From Octopus bimaculoides (Eukaryota), in the NCBI RefSeq assembly GCF_001194135.2, contig NC_068984.1:127452478-127516477 (forward strand): a stretch of 64,000 nucleotides of DNA, in the 5' to 3' direction. The notes beneath the pieces are model-generated. The model was not told the origin of the DNA, did not search any database, and was given only the letters and a program-made list of their open reading frames with translations. Positions 1-13,535 of this stretch are shown here, piece after piece. The position numbers were made by a program, and so were the translations under genes. Position 1 is the first letter of the stretch, and every line of letters begins with the position of its first letter.

Positions 1-347
1 TGGAAGCATGTCTGAATAGTTTCTCCTATTGTATCTATCACTAAAAAACATTAAAAAAAAATCAATAGTCTGTAAAAATCTTGACAGTAAATGGAATGAT
101 ATGCTACAGTAAAGCAAATAGCCAAAGTAGTATTTTTTCATCAATGATGGATAGTAATATCCATAGTAATTTATAGTAATTCTTCAACATAGTCATTCTG
201 CAATAGCTCAATATGTTTATGAAGAGAGTAGCCTCAGAGGAAAATTCAAATTGAGTTCATGTAATTCCTAAAATCTCTGAAGACCAAATCTCTTGGTAAA
301 TTATGTAAAATATTGTCTCTATTTCCAATTAGCTTCCTTGTGTTACC

Positions 348-374
348 ATAATAATAATAATGATAATAATGATG

Positions 375-443
<69 letters not shown>
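348..443. repeat. (AAT)n microsatellite
   Basis: About 30 near-perfect AAT units; explains the poly-Y ORF 246..467. Confidence 0.97.
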
Positions 444-446
<3 letters not shown>

Positions 447-1550
447 GTTTCCAACTATTGTAAACAATCTTAATGAATTAGTATAAAAGGAAATAGGATT
501 CTATTGCGATTACACAGAAGACCTTCAACAACAAAATACCAAACAGCTTTCTTTTTTTCTGAAACAGGTAATATGGCACAAAGTTTTGCAAGAAATTTTA
601 ATAATTTTAATCCTTTTATAGTGTCTCAGATTGAAGAAACAATTTCCACCAGACAGTTGACAAGAGATAATCAAATGAAAAGGATGTACTTTTGCTTGCA
701 ATACTTAGTATGTGTTACTTCAATTGTCTAATTGAATTTAGATAGAATCAGGAGAAAATGTTAAACATGAATAAATCTCTTTCAGGTTTGATATTGAAAG
801 GAGAATTAGCTGAAGCAGTGACACAGCTAGAATATGATATAGTGATATACATTAACAATTCATCCGCAGATAGTGACAACAGCTGCAAATATAGTGCAGC
901 ATAAAGAGAGGGAAAAAATCAATTTCTTGTTAAGTGAGCATTTTACATATCACAAAAGTTTCTAAAGAAATCAATGACATTAAAAATATTATATATCACA
1001 CATTTCCTAATAAATCTAAAAATATATAAGATGGAATTCAAGTAACATATTTTATTTCAGTCAAAACAAATTATAAATATTTATCCTTGAATCACTTCAG
1101 AGTAGGTGTTCATAACATTAACTACTTACTACTTTTGAAAACAGACTTTGTTGTGCTAAGTAAAAAGTAAGAAAGCTTAAAAATTATTCCTGTGACACTT
1201 CACATCTGAGAGAAACATAGATAAGAAAGTGTTAATACAGTTTCTCTGAGGATAGGTGTTAAGAAATATGAAGTGAAGTCGAAATATTAGACAGGACAAT
1301 AGTTGCTAACATCTACAGAAAAATCTATTCAAATATAATATTTGTCAAAGAAAAAAAAATTGTCAGTTTATAACTGCAATAAGCACATGATTTTGCAAAT
1401 TTCTTCATCCTAGCTAAATTATTAGAATGGGCTTGCATGCATTAATTTAAACTCTTTTTATTTATAATGTCATTATTTCTTTCCACGTAAACTGATATCT
1501 GATTGTTCAAAGAAAACTTCAAAAGTAACTAATAGCAACATCTCTTGAAA

Positions 1551-2626
1551 ATGCATAAAATTGGTATTGTGCTGTTATCAAGCACCTGCAGAAAAAGGAT
1601 TTAGACCCCAAGGACATTCATGTTGACATAGTTGCTACATTAGGGGATGATGCTCCAGCTCTATGAACAATGCAAAACTGAATTTAGAAGGGGAAAAGAG
1701 TGTCTTGAAGATGACGCGAGGTTTGGATGTCCTGCAACTGCCACCACCAATGAAAACATTGATTATGTACACCACATGGTGATGGAGGACAGGTAATTGA
1801 CTATAAATCAAATAGCCAATACTATTAGAATACCCCAAGAGGGAGTTGAAGATATTTTGTACTATGCTCAGTGTATGCCATGTCTTCTGACACCTGATCA
1901 AAAGTGCAACAGACTAATCACATCACAGAAAAATCTGACATTGTTTGAGGCAGATCCAGCTGGTTTCCTTGAACATTCCCTAAGCCAGGATCAGTGCTGG
2001 GTTTATCACTATGAACCAGAGACAAAGAGACAATCCATGCAGTAGAAACTACCCTCCTCACCTGCTCCAAAGAAAGCCAAGGTCGTTTTATCTACAGAGA
2101 AGGTGATGGCTTCAATTTTGGGAGAAGCAAAAAAGTATTGCGTTTATTGACTATCTTCAAAAGGACTGCACCATCAATGGAGATTATTATGCCGACTTGC
2201 TGAGGCAGTTACGAAGGGTTATCAAGACACCCAGGAATTCTGATGAAAGGGATCTTGTTTCATCAGAACAATACTCCAGCACACAAGTCCTTGGCTTCAG
2301 TGGCTGTTGTGTGTGACTGTGGCTCTGAACTGGCTGATCAACCTCCCTATTCTCCTGATTTCACCCCATCTGACTATCATCTGTTCCCCAACATGATTAA
2401 TCACTAGGCTGGGAACTTGTATCACAGTGATTATGAAGTCATATCTGCTGTTGATGACCTTTTTGACCAACAGGATAAAAGCTTCTGCACCAATGGGATC
2501 CAAGTACTGCAACGCTAATGGAAGAAGTGTGTGGATCACAAAGGGGACTATGTTAAAAAATAGACAATGTGATCACATTCCATGAGAGTATCTTGGTCAG
2601 TCTATGAACTTTTTAGCTAACCCTCA
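1551..2626 (+). mobile_element. Degenerate mariner (DD34D, irritans-like) transposon; transposase pseudogene 1551-2563 plus right TIR
   Basis: Frameshifted translation gives LLTPDQK, WVYHYEPETKRQSMQ, PAPKKAK..STEKVMAS, HQNNTPAH and QPPYSPDFTPSDYHLFP, with 34 residues between catalytic positions 2 and 3. The 3' end GAACTTTTTAGCTAACCCTCA-TA is TIR-like. No left TIR found. Confidence 0.93.
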
Positions 2627-4949
2627 TATAATATTATCTTCACAGTTGTCATATATTAGCTTCTTCAGAAAATTAAATTCTGACAGGCTTGTGAATATTT
2701 CTAAAATCCCTCATCTAATCATTAAATGCAGCTACAAATCCTTTAAATTTCATAATAGTATAATAACGGTGATTTCTTAATGAATCACATGAAGAAGAGT
2801 AAATTTAGAATCTGTGAGTATTGCTAAGTGAATCTGTTTCAAGTAAAAAAGGAAACCAAATTGTGAATTATTTCTGCTGTAAATCTATCTCCATCCCAAA
2901 AGACTTTCTACAGAGCAAAAAATAACAAACTAGCACTGGATGATGTTCCAGCATCGCTAGTACCTAAATGGTTCAAGGCAAACTAAGATCCTAAATGTTG
3001 GTCTTGGAATAGAATATTTCATAGAACTACCTAAATGGAAGACTCTCCTTAATATTAGGTTATTTTACTCTAATATTATATATTTTAGCCAATTTTTCAT
3101 CAATAGAATTTCATTTTTCTGGAATTTTGTTTGCTCACATCTTCAAATTACACATTATTAACACATTAATTTGAACTAATCAAATAAGTTGTAAATGTAA
3201 CAACTTATCTAATATATATATATAACATTAATACACATAAAACAGAATGAAAATAATTTTACTGTATTTAAAACACAAATATTTGCCATATAATATGATA
3301 GGACAACTTTATGACACGTTTCACAAACTTAATGGCTCACACATCAGATGGAAGCATAGTCATCACATAATTTGTTTAAAATAATGTGATACTATTGCTA
3401 CTACCAAACAAACTGTGATCATAGGTGCAGGTCTGATGAATTTTATCAAAGTCAAACAACATTAATCTTAAAACTACAAAAGTAAATTGTGTCCCCAGGG
3501 TCTAACAACTATATTTAGGGTTCCCCCACCTTTCATTATAATTATTGGCACAAGACTAAATATATTTTAAGTGTATTAATATTTAATAAACAGTAAATGT
3601 ACTTTCAAAGAGTGAAACATTTGAAAAACATACTGTATGATATTTCTATTTAATTTTATATAATCAATAACTGTACTAACCCTACCTCCCTAGGTACCCA
3701 CACCCACCACCAACACTACAACCATCACTACTACTATCACCACCACCACCAGCATTACTATTACCCCCTGTCCCTTCTTTCCTATTTTACGTGATCTTAT
3801 GATAAAAAGTAATTCATTATTAAGCTAGAATTTTGAAAGAATGGATTAAATTCCTACATATTAAATGTAAATTTTGACAATTGTAATACAACAGAAAACA
3901 ATGCCATCTGGTGCTCATTTTCCCCTCTCTATATTCTATAAACCCAAAAGTTCATATCTATTTTATTTATACTTCATTTAAATCAACATAACCTTTATAT
4001 AAGGTTATCAAAAATCTGGGTATGTAACATTATAGAAAGCAATATCTATAGAAAACTTTAAAATGGCAACTAAATGGGTTTTTTGTACACAAAGTTTATA
4101 GTTATTGATCCAAAGAACTTCCAGAAAAATTTTCATGACATTTTGGAAGTTATATTACATCAGATGAATATATGTCACAACCCATAAAACTACAAAGCAT
4201 AACAAGCTCTCAAGTAGGTAGGTACCTCTGATAGACTGCATACATTAAATTATCTCACAAGAAATCTCTAGAAATAGTGGTATCTTATGAGAGTTGTTTA
4301 AACTGTTGATAGATATCTAAAACAGATATTACAAAAAGAAGGTAATTCTCAAGAAATTTTTTAGCAAAAAAATCATTTGTTGTTTTATTTTTCTTCTCTC
4401 TTTTTATTTTTTGGTCTAGCTTAGAAATTTCTCATAAAAAGAAAATTAAGATTTATCTTTAAAAGGCATCACTTTAAAACAATGAATTATCATATTGTTT
4501 TATTTTATTTTCTGCAACGTTTTTTTCCAAATGAAACCTTCGTTATAGTGAAATCCATATTTTATTGTGTGGGGCTAACTAAAGTATCACGTTATCTTTA
4601 TCAAAGAAGGAAACTATGTAAAAATATTGATTTCTTATTTAGACATGATGGCTGTATATTATAAACAGAAAGAATGAAGTTCTATGAAATTATGAGTTCC
4701 TAAAGGGTATTAAGCAGCAGAAGTAATCTGATTTCAGTGTAGAATTGAAACTGTATCATTAACTCTAGTCACTGGTAACTGACTAATTGTTCTACATCAT
4801 TATCCTTATGGCAATTACTAATTACTTTCTGTCTGTATCCCTATATTTTGCTCTAACCTATCTCTCTCTTTTGTTTCCTCTCTTTTCCAGCTGGGGCAGC
4901 CATGTATCTCCTCTGCAGCAAGACACCTATTCTGTAGCCTTCTGTTATA

Positions 4950-5228
4950 CTTTAACCTCCCAACTGGCACAAAGCTACCCACCCCCTCAATACTACTCCT
5001 CCTTCTTGTCGAATAGACTTTGTCTTGCAATATACTTGGTTAGCCCATCAATGCTGGTGCCACATAAAAATCACACCAGGCTGGTGTTAGAAAGGGTATC
5101 CAGCCATAGAGACTATACTAAAAGCAAACAATGGAGCCTGGCACAGTCCTCTGGCTTGCAAACTCCTGTCAAAGCACCCAACCCATGCCAGCATGGAAAA
5201 CAGATTTTAAATGATGATGGTAATGATG
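4950..5228 (+). mobile_element. Old RTE-type retroposon 3' end
   Basis: GCTGGTGCCACATAAAAA motif, GTTAGAAAGGGTATCCAGC and CAACCCATGCCAGCATGGAAAA, ending in an (ATG)n tail; shared with other copies in the window. Confidence 0.75.
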
Positions 5229-5440
5229 AAAGATGTATCAATGATTTATATAATCATCAAAAGTAAGAAACAAGAAAATATTTAAGGTCCTCACTAAAAA
5301 AAAAAAAAAAAAAATCCTTCCCCCCCACCAAATGATATATATTCAGTAACTTTAACATTTATGCATATATCTATAAACAGTTTTAACTGCCATGGTTAGC
5401 ATACTGCACAGACCATAACCCTAATCTCATGAATTCATTA

Positions 5441-5652
5441 GTTTCAAATTTTGGCACAAGGCCAGCAACTTCAGGGGAGGAGACAAGTTGATTACATCAA
5501 CCTCAGTACTCAACTGGTACTTATTTTATCAACCCTGAAGGGATGAAAGGCAAAAGTTGACCTCGACAGAATTGGAACTCAGAATGTAAAGCCAGACGAA
5601 ATGCTGCTAAGCAGTTTGCCCAGAATGCTAACAATTCTGCCAGCTCACCATC
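5441..5652 (-). mobile_element. tRNA-derived SINE, family 2 (V-domain-like core)
   Basis: The reverse complement matches the family pattern GAGCTGGCAGAATTGTTAGC...TTCTGAGTTC(C/A)AATTC...GAGGTCAACTTTTGCCTTTCATCC...AAGTACCAGTTG seen in about 10 copies here. Confidence 0.85.
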
Positions 5653-6519
5653 TTACTCTAAAACAATATTGATAACATTTCTAGTTAAATGGGTACTAGC
5701 ATAACGTAGTGAGCCAAAAGAAATTTAAGTAATTAAATCTCATGTAGAGAGGATGAAAAAAGAAAAAAAACATTAGCTTTATCTCTAATTCTGATCAAGA
5801 AAAATAAGGGAAGTAATTCCTCTAGCTGACTTCATTAAAAATGACATCCTATCAGAAAAATATTTTAATACATTCCCTAAAGCTGCATAAGCAAATATCC
5901 AAATATATAAAATTTATCTACACCAAACATATGTGACCACATTGTATACTCGGAATAAATGATTGTTGGAGGAAAAGATTTCAGTTCCCAATTTAAACTG
6001 GAGAAATTGCAAAACAACCTGTCATGATCAATTTTTGTCTATGTAAATATAAAAAATAACAATGTAATGATACAAATTCATAGGGGTAGGATAAGTTGCT
6101 ATGTGACCTCAAAAGTCAAGCTGAAACAAAGAACTGACAGCTATAGATTGTAACCTAGTAATTCAAAGACAGTATTAGTATAAAAATGTATCTGTGCTGC
6201 AGGTGAGGTCAATGCAAATTTTTAAATGTAAAGATTAAATCATTGTATAACATCTGTCACTGGACTAAATCTTTGTTTGAAAATTAAAAAAAAACACAAA
6301 CTAAATTTGTACCTGAATTAAAACAAAACATTATTCAGTCAAAAGCCAATATTTTGACCAATGATAGAACAGAATAAAGTATGCATAAAGAATATTAAAA
6401 AAGCACTAATAAATAGTCCAGTCATTGCAAACTTTTATCTTTCCTTGACAATGACTAATCAGATTGGTGATAAGATAAAATTTTGAAAGTTAGCTACCAC
6501 TTGAACTAAAAATCTCAGA

Positions 6520-6690
6520 GGTCACTTGACTTGATAGAAACAGAAGCCAAATCTGTTTCAAATCACACCAAACAGCTTTAAAGCAGGATATATAGGACAA
6601 TGTAATCTCTGGTATGCAAAAAGATGGGATGGTCTAAGTTGGAACATCTTTGATTAGTGATCTTCTTGATTAAGGCTGACAACAACTAAT
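6520..6690 (+). repeat. Dispersed repeat family 3 (GAAATAGCAGCCAAATCTCCCTCAAA...GGCTGAC...AACAAC), old copy
   Basis: Similar to 9085-9270, 32745-33030, 49335-49570 and 55550-55700. Confidence 0.6.
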
Positions 6691-8009
6691 AGCTAAAGCT
6701 TTTGCATTGCAATTTGGCTACAATGTTATATCACATCAACTAATATATTAGGAGACATACTGTTGGATATGTGATTTATAGTATTTAGTATTACCTCTGG
6801 CCGATACACATGTCTGTGGCTTTTCAACAACTATCACATCTACACAATGCTGTTTGGAGGGAGCTGGCTTTTCTAATGTCACTCCAACCCAAGACCACTC
6901 AATTCACCCATCTCTTTTCCTTTCATCTTGCATATTATATCTGATCCCTCCCAAGGCCTACATTAACCCCTATATCCAATCTTTCCTCCTTAGAAAGTCA
7001 ACTCTCAGGATTTCTCACCTGGCTAATGATTTCCCTGCAGGAATTGACTTGCAGTTATTCTAGAAAAATATCAATCAAATTGGCTACAATTGTCTCAGAA
7101 GGCCTATGAAGGCCAAGGGCACAGCCCCTTTTCTCAGACCAATCCACTGAAAAAATAAAAAAACTAGGAACTTCATTTCTAAATAAAAGACAGTAACATT
7201 TTTCTTTATCTACTTAATAAACTGTTTAAATGTGTAAATATATGGTAAATAAGCATTCTATAAAGTTAATAGTAAAAATAACCATTTTAATAATATATTT
7301 TAGAACTTTAGAATTTTCCAAGAATATCTAAAATTATGTAAAGAATCAGCATGACATTATCTGTTTGGTGGTAGTAATAATAAACTAACAGATTGGTTGT
7401 AGCAGTAAGCACCTCTTACTTGCAAAGTCATTGTCATGTCCTGACTGAAGAAACTATCTTATGGAAGAAACAAGGTCCAAATGAAGTGACATTCAAGCTT
7501 GAGGAATATGTGTGTGACACAAATAAATCTGAAGACCCTGTTTCACTGATGCAATAACAAGTTGTCAGTGTTGTATAACATTGTTATAAGCAGGAAATAT
7601 AAAATAAAGGATTGGTGGTTTCATTTCCCAGATGAATGATTCTTGAATTAAAATTTGATCTTATTATTCTAAGATTCCTGGGATATTGTTTGTTTACAGC
7701 TGATAATGGATGCTTTCTTCAAACCATTTGTATTTCAAGTCTTATTTTTGAGATATTTTGTTCCATTGTGAAACCTTGCTTTCAAAGATCTATAAATAGA
7801 GAACTTATATTGTAAATTCCCAGATTGCTTTAAGGGAGATAGATTCTGTTACTGACTAATTTCTTCTTGTGAATTCGATTGCAGCTTCCTTCTATTTCTT
7901 TCTCTCTATTCTACTTGCATGTTTGTGTGTGTGTACGTGTGTACATACATAAATACATATATGCATACATTACACAAAAAACACATACATTATACATAGA
8001 CAAACACAC

Positions 8010-8010
8010 A

Positions 8011-8061
<51 letters not shown>
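8010..8061. repeat. (TG)n microsatellite
   Basis: Long perfect TG run within a CA/TG-rich patch spanning 7920-8075. Confidence 0.97.
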
Positions 8062-8567
8062 ACATGTACACACTCATACATGGAATGTGCCATTTTTCCT
8101 ATAACTGCTTTCAGTTTTATCTCCATTAACTACAATTTCATTGTAATTCAGTTGAAATAGAATCACTTTATTTACTCTGCTAGGAATCCATATTATGAAA
8201 TGTAAGTGAATTAATATTATGTATTACAGAGAAAATATTACATATTACTGATTAGATATTGCAGGATAGAGAGAAGATATTAAATGTTGCATGAAGATAT
8301 CAAATATTACATATATGGGTTGGATTACATATCACACAACACATAGTATATATGACCAGAAATATACAAGCAAGTGGATGGATATTCTTTCATTCATTTA
8401 GCTGAGGTGGGACAGAGTTCATAGTTTTTTCAGGCCCCCACAGATTCATTGGAAGTAAAGAGCAGTGAAAAATATTGATATCTTTAATATTTGATGTAAA
8501 CTGTTCCAGGTCGATAGTTAAAATTAAAACATCAGTATGGAAGGATTTCCTTAGAAAGAATACTTAA

Positions 8568-8788
8568 CTCTTTAGCATTCAAACCAACTATATCAGGCCC
8601 AAATATTCTTCTCATTTTATGTTTAAACTGGCCAGGTCTAGCCTCTCATATCTATCCTACAATATCATTCTAAGAATAAACAACCACATCATCGAAAATC
8701 TTGAAGCTATGAGATAATGCAAGATTAATGCAAAACAATATAAATAGATAAACATTGCATTTGACAGAGGAATCTGAATGCTAAAGGG
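8568..8788. mobile_element. piggyBac-type MITE (221 bp, TTAA TSD)
   Basis: TTAA(8564-8567)-CTCTTTAGCATTCA ... TGAATGCTAAAGGG-TTAA(8789-8792). The 14-bp TIRs have one mismatch and there is no coding capacity. Confidence 0.8.
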
Positions 8789-9084
8789 TTAATATAGGAT
8801 AGGATCAGTGGAGAGGTGAGATAATGAGGGTCACTAGAAAAGGATTATAAATACATTTGAATAGATATAGTTGAAATTTATATAGAATTATCAAACAAAA
8901 ATGAGCAGTGACAGTGGTAGTCATCATAATAGAGACACTGACTGTGGTTAAAGAGTACTCTAAGGTGAACTCCCTTATTAACCATAGATCATTTTCTACA
9001 TGCAGTTGATATACATACAGTGATACACACTTCTAGATCTATGAACAGTAACCTAGTGTAGAACATGAACCACAAAATAAGCCA

Positions 9085-9270
9085 TTATTTATTCAGCCAA
9101 ACAGCCAGAAATAGCACCCAAATCTCCCTCAAACCACAGTCTACTGCCTTAAAAAAAGGAACTACACATTAGAAAATGTAGACCTAAAGACATTAAGTTT
9201 TAAAAAAATGATCTAAGACATTGATAGTTGAGATGGGAATACTTTTGATCTGAACTGACATAGGAATAAA
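9085..9270 (+). repeat. Dispersed repeat family 3 copy
   Basis: CAGAAATAGCACCCAAATCTCCCTCAAACCAC...TTAAAAAAAGGAACTACACATTAGAAAATGTAGACCTA...GATGGGAATACTTTTGATC matches the other copies. Confidence 0.65.
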
Positions 9271-9499
9271 CACCTTGAGACTCGTATATAAAGTCAGCAG
9301 TTGTTAAGGCTTGAGTATTTTCTAGCTCTGAAAAGGAAACTTGGCCTATAATGTGAGGTCATCATTGTGTTGTAAAAGATTGGTATCACAAATAATATTT
9401 TTTTTTTATGACAAACAAAAGTGATATATTACAGATTTTTTTCTTGTAACAACTAGTTTCTGCATTTTGATATTGAATGAAACAGACACTTCAAGTCCT

Positions 9500-10000
9500 C
9501 CTTGCAAGATGTTGTTTCAAAGAGCAAGCATACCAAATTGAGGCTATACATAAATAGAGCTTGTATACATAAAAGTAAGGAACAACATAAATGTCATTCA
9601 TATAATAGTGTCTCAAGTTAGAGGTTAGCTTGAGTAGATTTTTAGTAAAGGGAAGGGAGATAGAACTGTTTGAAATATAGAAGAATGTGTAAGAGAATTC
9701 AGAAGAAGTAACAGAATGCAAGATTGCAATTATGGAGGGTTGACAGCTGAATGATCATATGCATTCTCTGGGTAGTTCTTTCATAGAAGTTGCATGTCTG
9801 AATAATTCCTCCTGGATGTTAGATGCTATGCTTTTGTCTGAACAAATGCAACCAGTAAAGTATTTATCAATTGTTGGCTAAACAGATTTAGTGAGGGTGT
9901 AGAATGCGAAGAGACAAATCCAGGATGCTAGTTCTAAGTATACTCAGTCAGAGAATGAACTGGAGCTGCAAATGAAAGAGTTTGGTAAAGAAATGTTCAG
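9500..10000 (-). mobile_element. Possible highly decayed Penelope-like RT remnant
   Basis: Minus-strand RHYYMNDIYVV resembles the RT motif RYVDDIFV. The upstream motifs are not cleanly recoverable and the region has multiple stops. Confidence 0.2.
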
Positions 10001-10440
10001 TTGCTGGACTAGTTATGTTGTGATTTGTGAAGTCATAAAGATTTTGCACATGCCTGAAATATTCCACATGAATGATATTCATGTAATCATAAACAATGAT
10101 ATATTCAGTAACCATTAATGCAGAATTTCAAAAAACTAATTCACTACAGGCAGTCCTTATCACATGATATTAGAGACATTTACTAACAAACAGTTGGTTT
10201 ACATTGTTTCAGTTGTCAGCTTCATTGAACTCTGGATTTGATCTCTATCCAAAGTTGTCTTAAGGTATGAGCACAGAGGTCCTACAGGATTAGAAGCCAA
10301 TGCTTAATCTATGTATACTGTGGCCTGTAGTTTGCTTCCAAAAAATAAATGTCGAGTCCCCAGTGCATTGTTTGCACAAGGGTCCATAGGGTTGTTAAAA
10401 CAGCCTTACTTCTACCCCCACTAAACCTTTTAATCTCTCT

Positions 10441-10462
10441 GTCTGTCTGTCTCTCTCTCTCA

Positions 10463-10545
<83 letters not shown>

Positions 10546-10570
10546 GTATGTATGTATGTATATATATATC
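10441..10570. repeat. Compound (TC)n(CA)n(TA)n(TATG)n microsatellite
   Basis: Direct inspection. Confidence 0.95.
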
Positions 10571-11573
10571 ACCCTGATTATGTCCCATAGCTAAGAAATA
10601 ATAATACTGTCATTCTGCATCATTTGCTCTCACTAAAGGATATAAATTATAAACTATCACATCCTTCATCACTTTAAAATCTTCTTCCCTTCTCAGTAGT
10701 CACCTCACCAGTATGGTTCCAACAGGGCTAGGTTCACTGGAGACTTTAGCTGATGCATTACACATTAGTAGCTTCTTGCTCTTGAAATCTTGAAATTTGT
10801 GAAATTCATTTTGTTGCTTTTTTTAACATTAACAAATATTTCAACATTTTCTAGAATGAGAAATTTTTAGTAGAGTTATTTACTTATGATCTTTACCCTT
10901 CCAGATCAGAACTCCTTATCCAGATCACTTCATTACAGCACATGTTGCTTGGGCACTGTCCATTACATCATTGATTCCAGTATACCTTAGGGGTCACTTA
11001 ACCCACTTTCATCTCTGCATTGCTTAATACAAAACACTTCTCATGCATTCAGACCTCATTCTAGGCAAGAGAGACATTAAAAAAACTTTCTATAGTGATA
11101 TTGTAACTTTGTACCCAAAAATGTACCCCCACATACACACACACACACTACAAATCACCTATTTCTCAATAAATATTAGCCTTTGCAACTGCAGATGACC
11201 TTTCATGGTGACCAAACATAACATCTATAACAGTTTAAATTGCATCTCAAACACTAGATTTTCTTTTCACAATTCTCAAAAGGTATTTCATACCCTAACA
11301 GCTGTTTGCCGTATATAAGCACAAACTTCCATTCTATATCACATCTATGAAGGTGTTCCCAATGCATTTACTCATATTTCCGAAAATGGTCATCTATTTG
11401 ACAAAGAAATTTTTAACTACCAACACACTATAGCTACATCCCACCACCCACTGCTTCTTTTATCACAAATGCAATGACTTCTACTCTATAAATTTGTTGA
11501 TTGTATCTCACCTCCATGAAAATCTAGTTCTACTTACCCATGTCTTCTCTTTACTGTGTTAAACATTCTAGAC

Positions 11574-11827
11574 CAGGGGTTTTCAAACTTTTTGACTTGC
11601 AGACCCCTTTATATTTCAGGCTTTACCCTTATGAAATTTATACATAAATATTTGCTTAAAGTAACATATATTTTTACATTTATTTATTTAACAGTATTTA
11701 ACAAATAGGTTTATTGTCAATTAAAAGATTTCGATTAAAAAACATATATAAAATCAAATTGCCCATAAAAAGTATTTGCTGTCTACGGACCCCCTGTAGT
11801 CCGCAGGCCACAGTTTGAAAACCCCTG
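11574..11827. mobile_element. hAT (Charlie-like) MITE, 254 bp
   Basis: Perfect 16-bp TIRs CAGGGGTTTTCAAACT / AGTTTGAAAACCCCTG and a perfect 8-bp TSD TTCTAGAC (11566-11573, 11828-11835), matching the NTCTAGAN preference of Charlie-type hATs. Confidence 0.93.
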
Positions 11828-13398
11828 TTCTAGACCATGATCTAGATATTTTGCTCAATACTTCTTTCTTGAAAGGTAATCTCACTTGAAATTCCTCTCT
11901 ACTTGTGTTTTCTGTCCATAACCATTGATTGTCTAATGTATAAATAAAACTTTCATTAACCTACATCCTAGTTACAAAGGGCCTGCAAAGACTATAGGTT
12001 CTTCAAATATAACTGTCCAGACAGACAGATGCTATAACCCATCAGTTTATATATTCTGTATATATATATATTGTATACAACTGTGTACAGGGGAGATATA
12101 GAGATTCAGCTCTGGTCACTCAGATTGTAACATTATTTTTAATTCACTTCTTTACAATGGGTGTTGAAAACGTTTTCTGCTCACCACAGTCAGTGTGAAT
12201 ACATCACATTTGTCACCTTACAAGAGTATATCTGGTTTGTTAACCCATAATAGTACATCATCTCAATAAGAGTACTTCAGGTCTCAGTCACTTTATAAGA
12301 GTACATCAAGCCAATGAGGGAGCCTTTATGTAGTCATGTAACCTGTGAGAAATTACATCCTGTTTCTTTAAAACCACACAAATTTCTTAAAAACAGACAT
12401 ATATGTCACATAACACAGTTGTAGATGAATAAGATAGGAATGCATAGATCTGCTGGATCAGATTTCAATCAATCTTATGAGAATAAATCAGAATAAGGGA
12501 AGCCTCTAGATAGTTATTCAACTAGTTAAAAATAGTAGATCATACCTTACCCTCTTTAAAAAAAAAAATGAAAGGAATATATTAGATAAAATAATTTTAG
12601 ATACACCATTTGAAATAAAGATGGAAAGATCATGATTGGGTGCTTTTGAACATAAATCTCCCTGGTTCAGAGCCCACTTGGGACTAAACAACAACTATGA
12701 TATCAAGTCCCAGTTACCATCATGCCTCAGTCTCCACTTCTCACTCTCTTACATTTCTATACATATGACCTCCTACAACTGCCTCTTCTTTAATTTTCTA
12801 CATCCAAAAACAAACATACCATAACTAGAACTACAGAAACTTATTAAACAAAACAGTTATATTACAGAAAAAGACTGACCACAGACATTTTTTTTTTTGG
12901 TCTGGACATGGTAATAACTATACTGACCTCTAAAAGGTTATAATATTTTTTTTATAAGACAAGTGAACATGAAATTGTCTTGTTATATATTGATCATAAA
13001 CAGCTATAGTATCTACACTGACCAAAAATTGATCAAAACTTCTATCTAGGGCGACTAGAAATTGGCCATAACAACTTATAGTACTTAGAGAAACCAGAAA
13101 AAAATTAACCAATTTGTATTCCAAGTGATTAGAAGTTGACCATAAACAGCTGTAGTATTGAAACTGACCAGATATTTCTTAATTTTTCAGACAAAGTTAA
13201 CCAGTTCTATAGAAATACACTATGTCAGGCTGCGGCTGCATAATTGACAGTCATGATAGTTTTAAGTTATATGAAATATATACTCAGGATCAGCTAACAA
13301 CCTTTCCATACTGTGATGTGACACAAAGAGCCAAATCAACAATTACTGCTGAGTGAAAACTGTTATCTTCCACCCACATATATTTACAATAATATAAT

Positions 13399-13535
13399 AA
13401 AAGAAAGAAAGAAAGAAAGAAAGAAAGACAGAAAGAAAGGAATAAAGAAAGAAAGAAAGAAAGAAAGAGAGAAAGAGAGAGAGAGAGAAAGAAAGAAAGA
13501 AAGAAAAAAAGAAAGAAACTGATAGACAGACAGAC
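13399..13535. repeat. (AAAG)n/(AG)n/(AGAC)n microsatellite
   Basis: Direct inspection; explains the F/L/S-rich ORFs 13290..13616 and 13343..13552. Confidence 0.95.

Noticed and set aside
4787-5266. 159-aa ORF with an acceptor-like TTTTCCAG
   Set aside because: It runs through an RTE-type 3' UTR repeat and has no recognisable protein motif.
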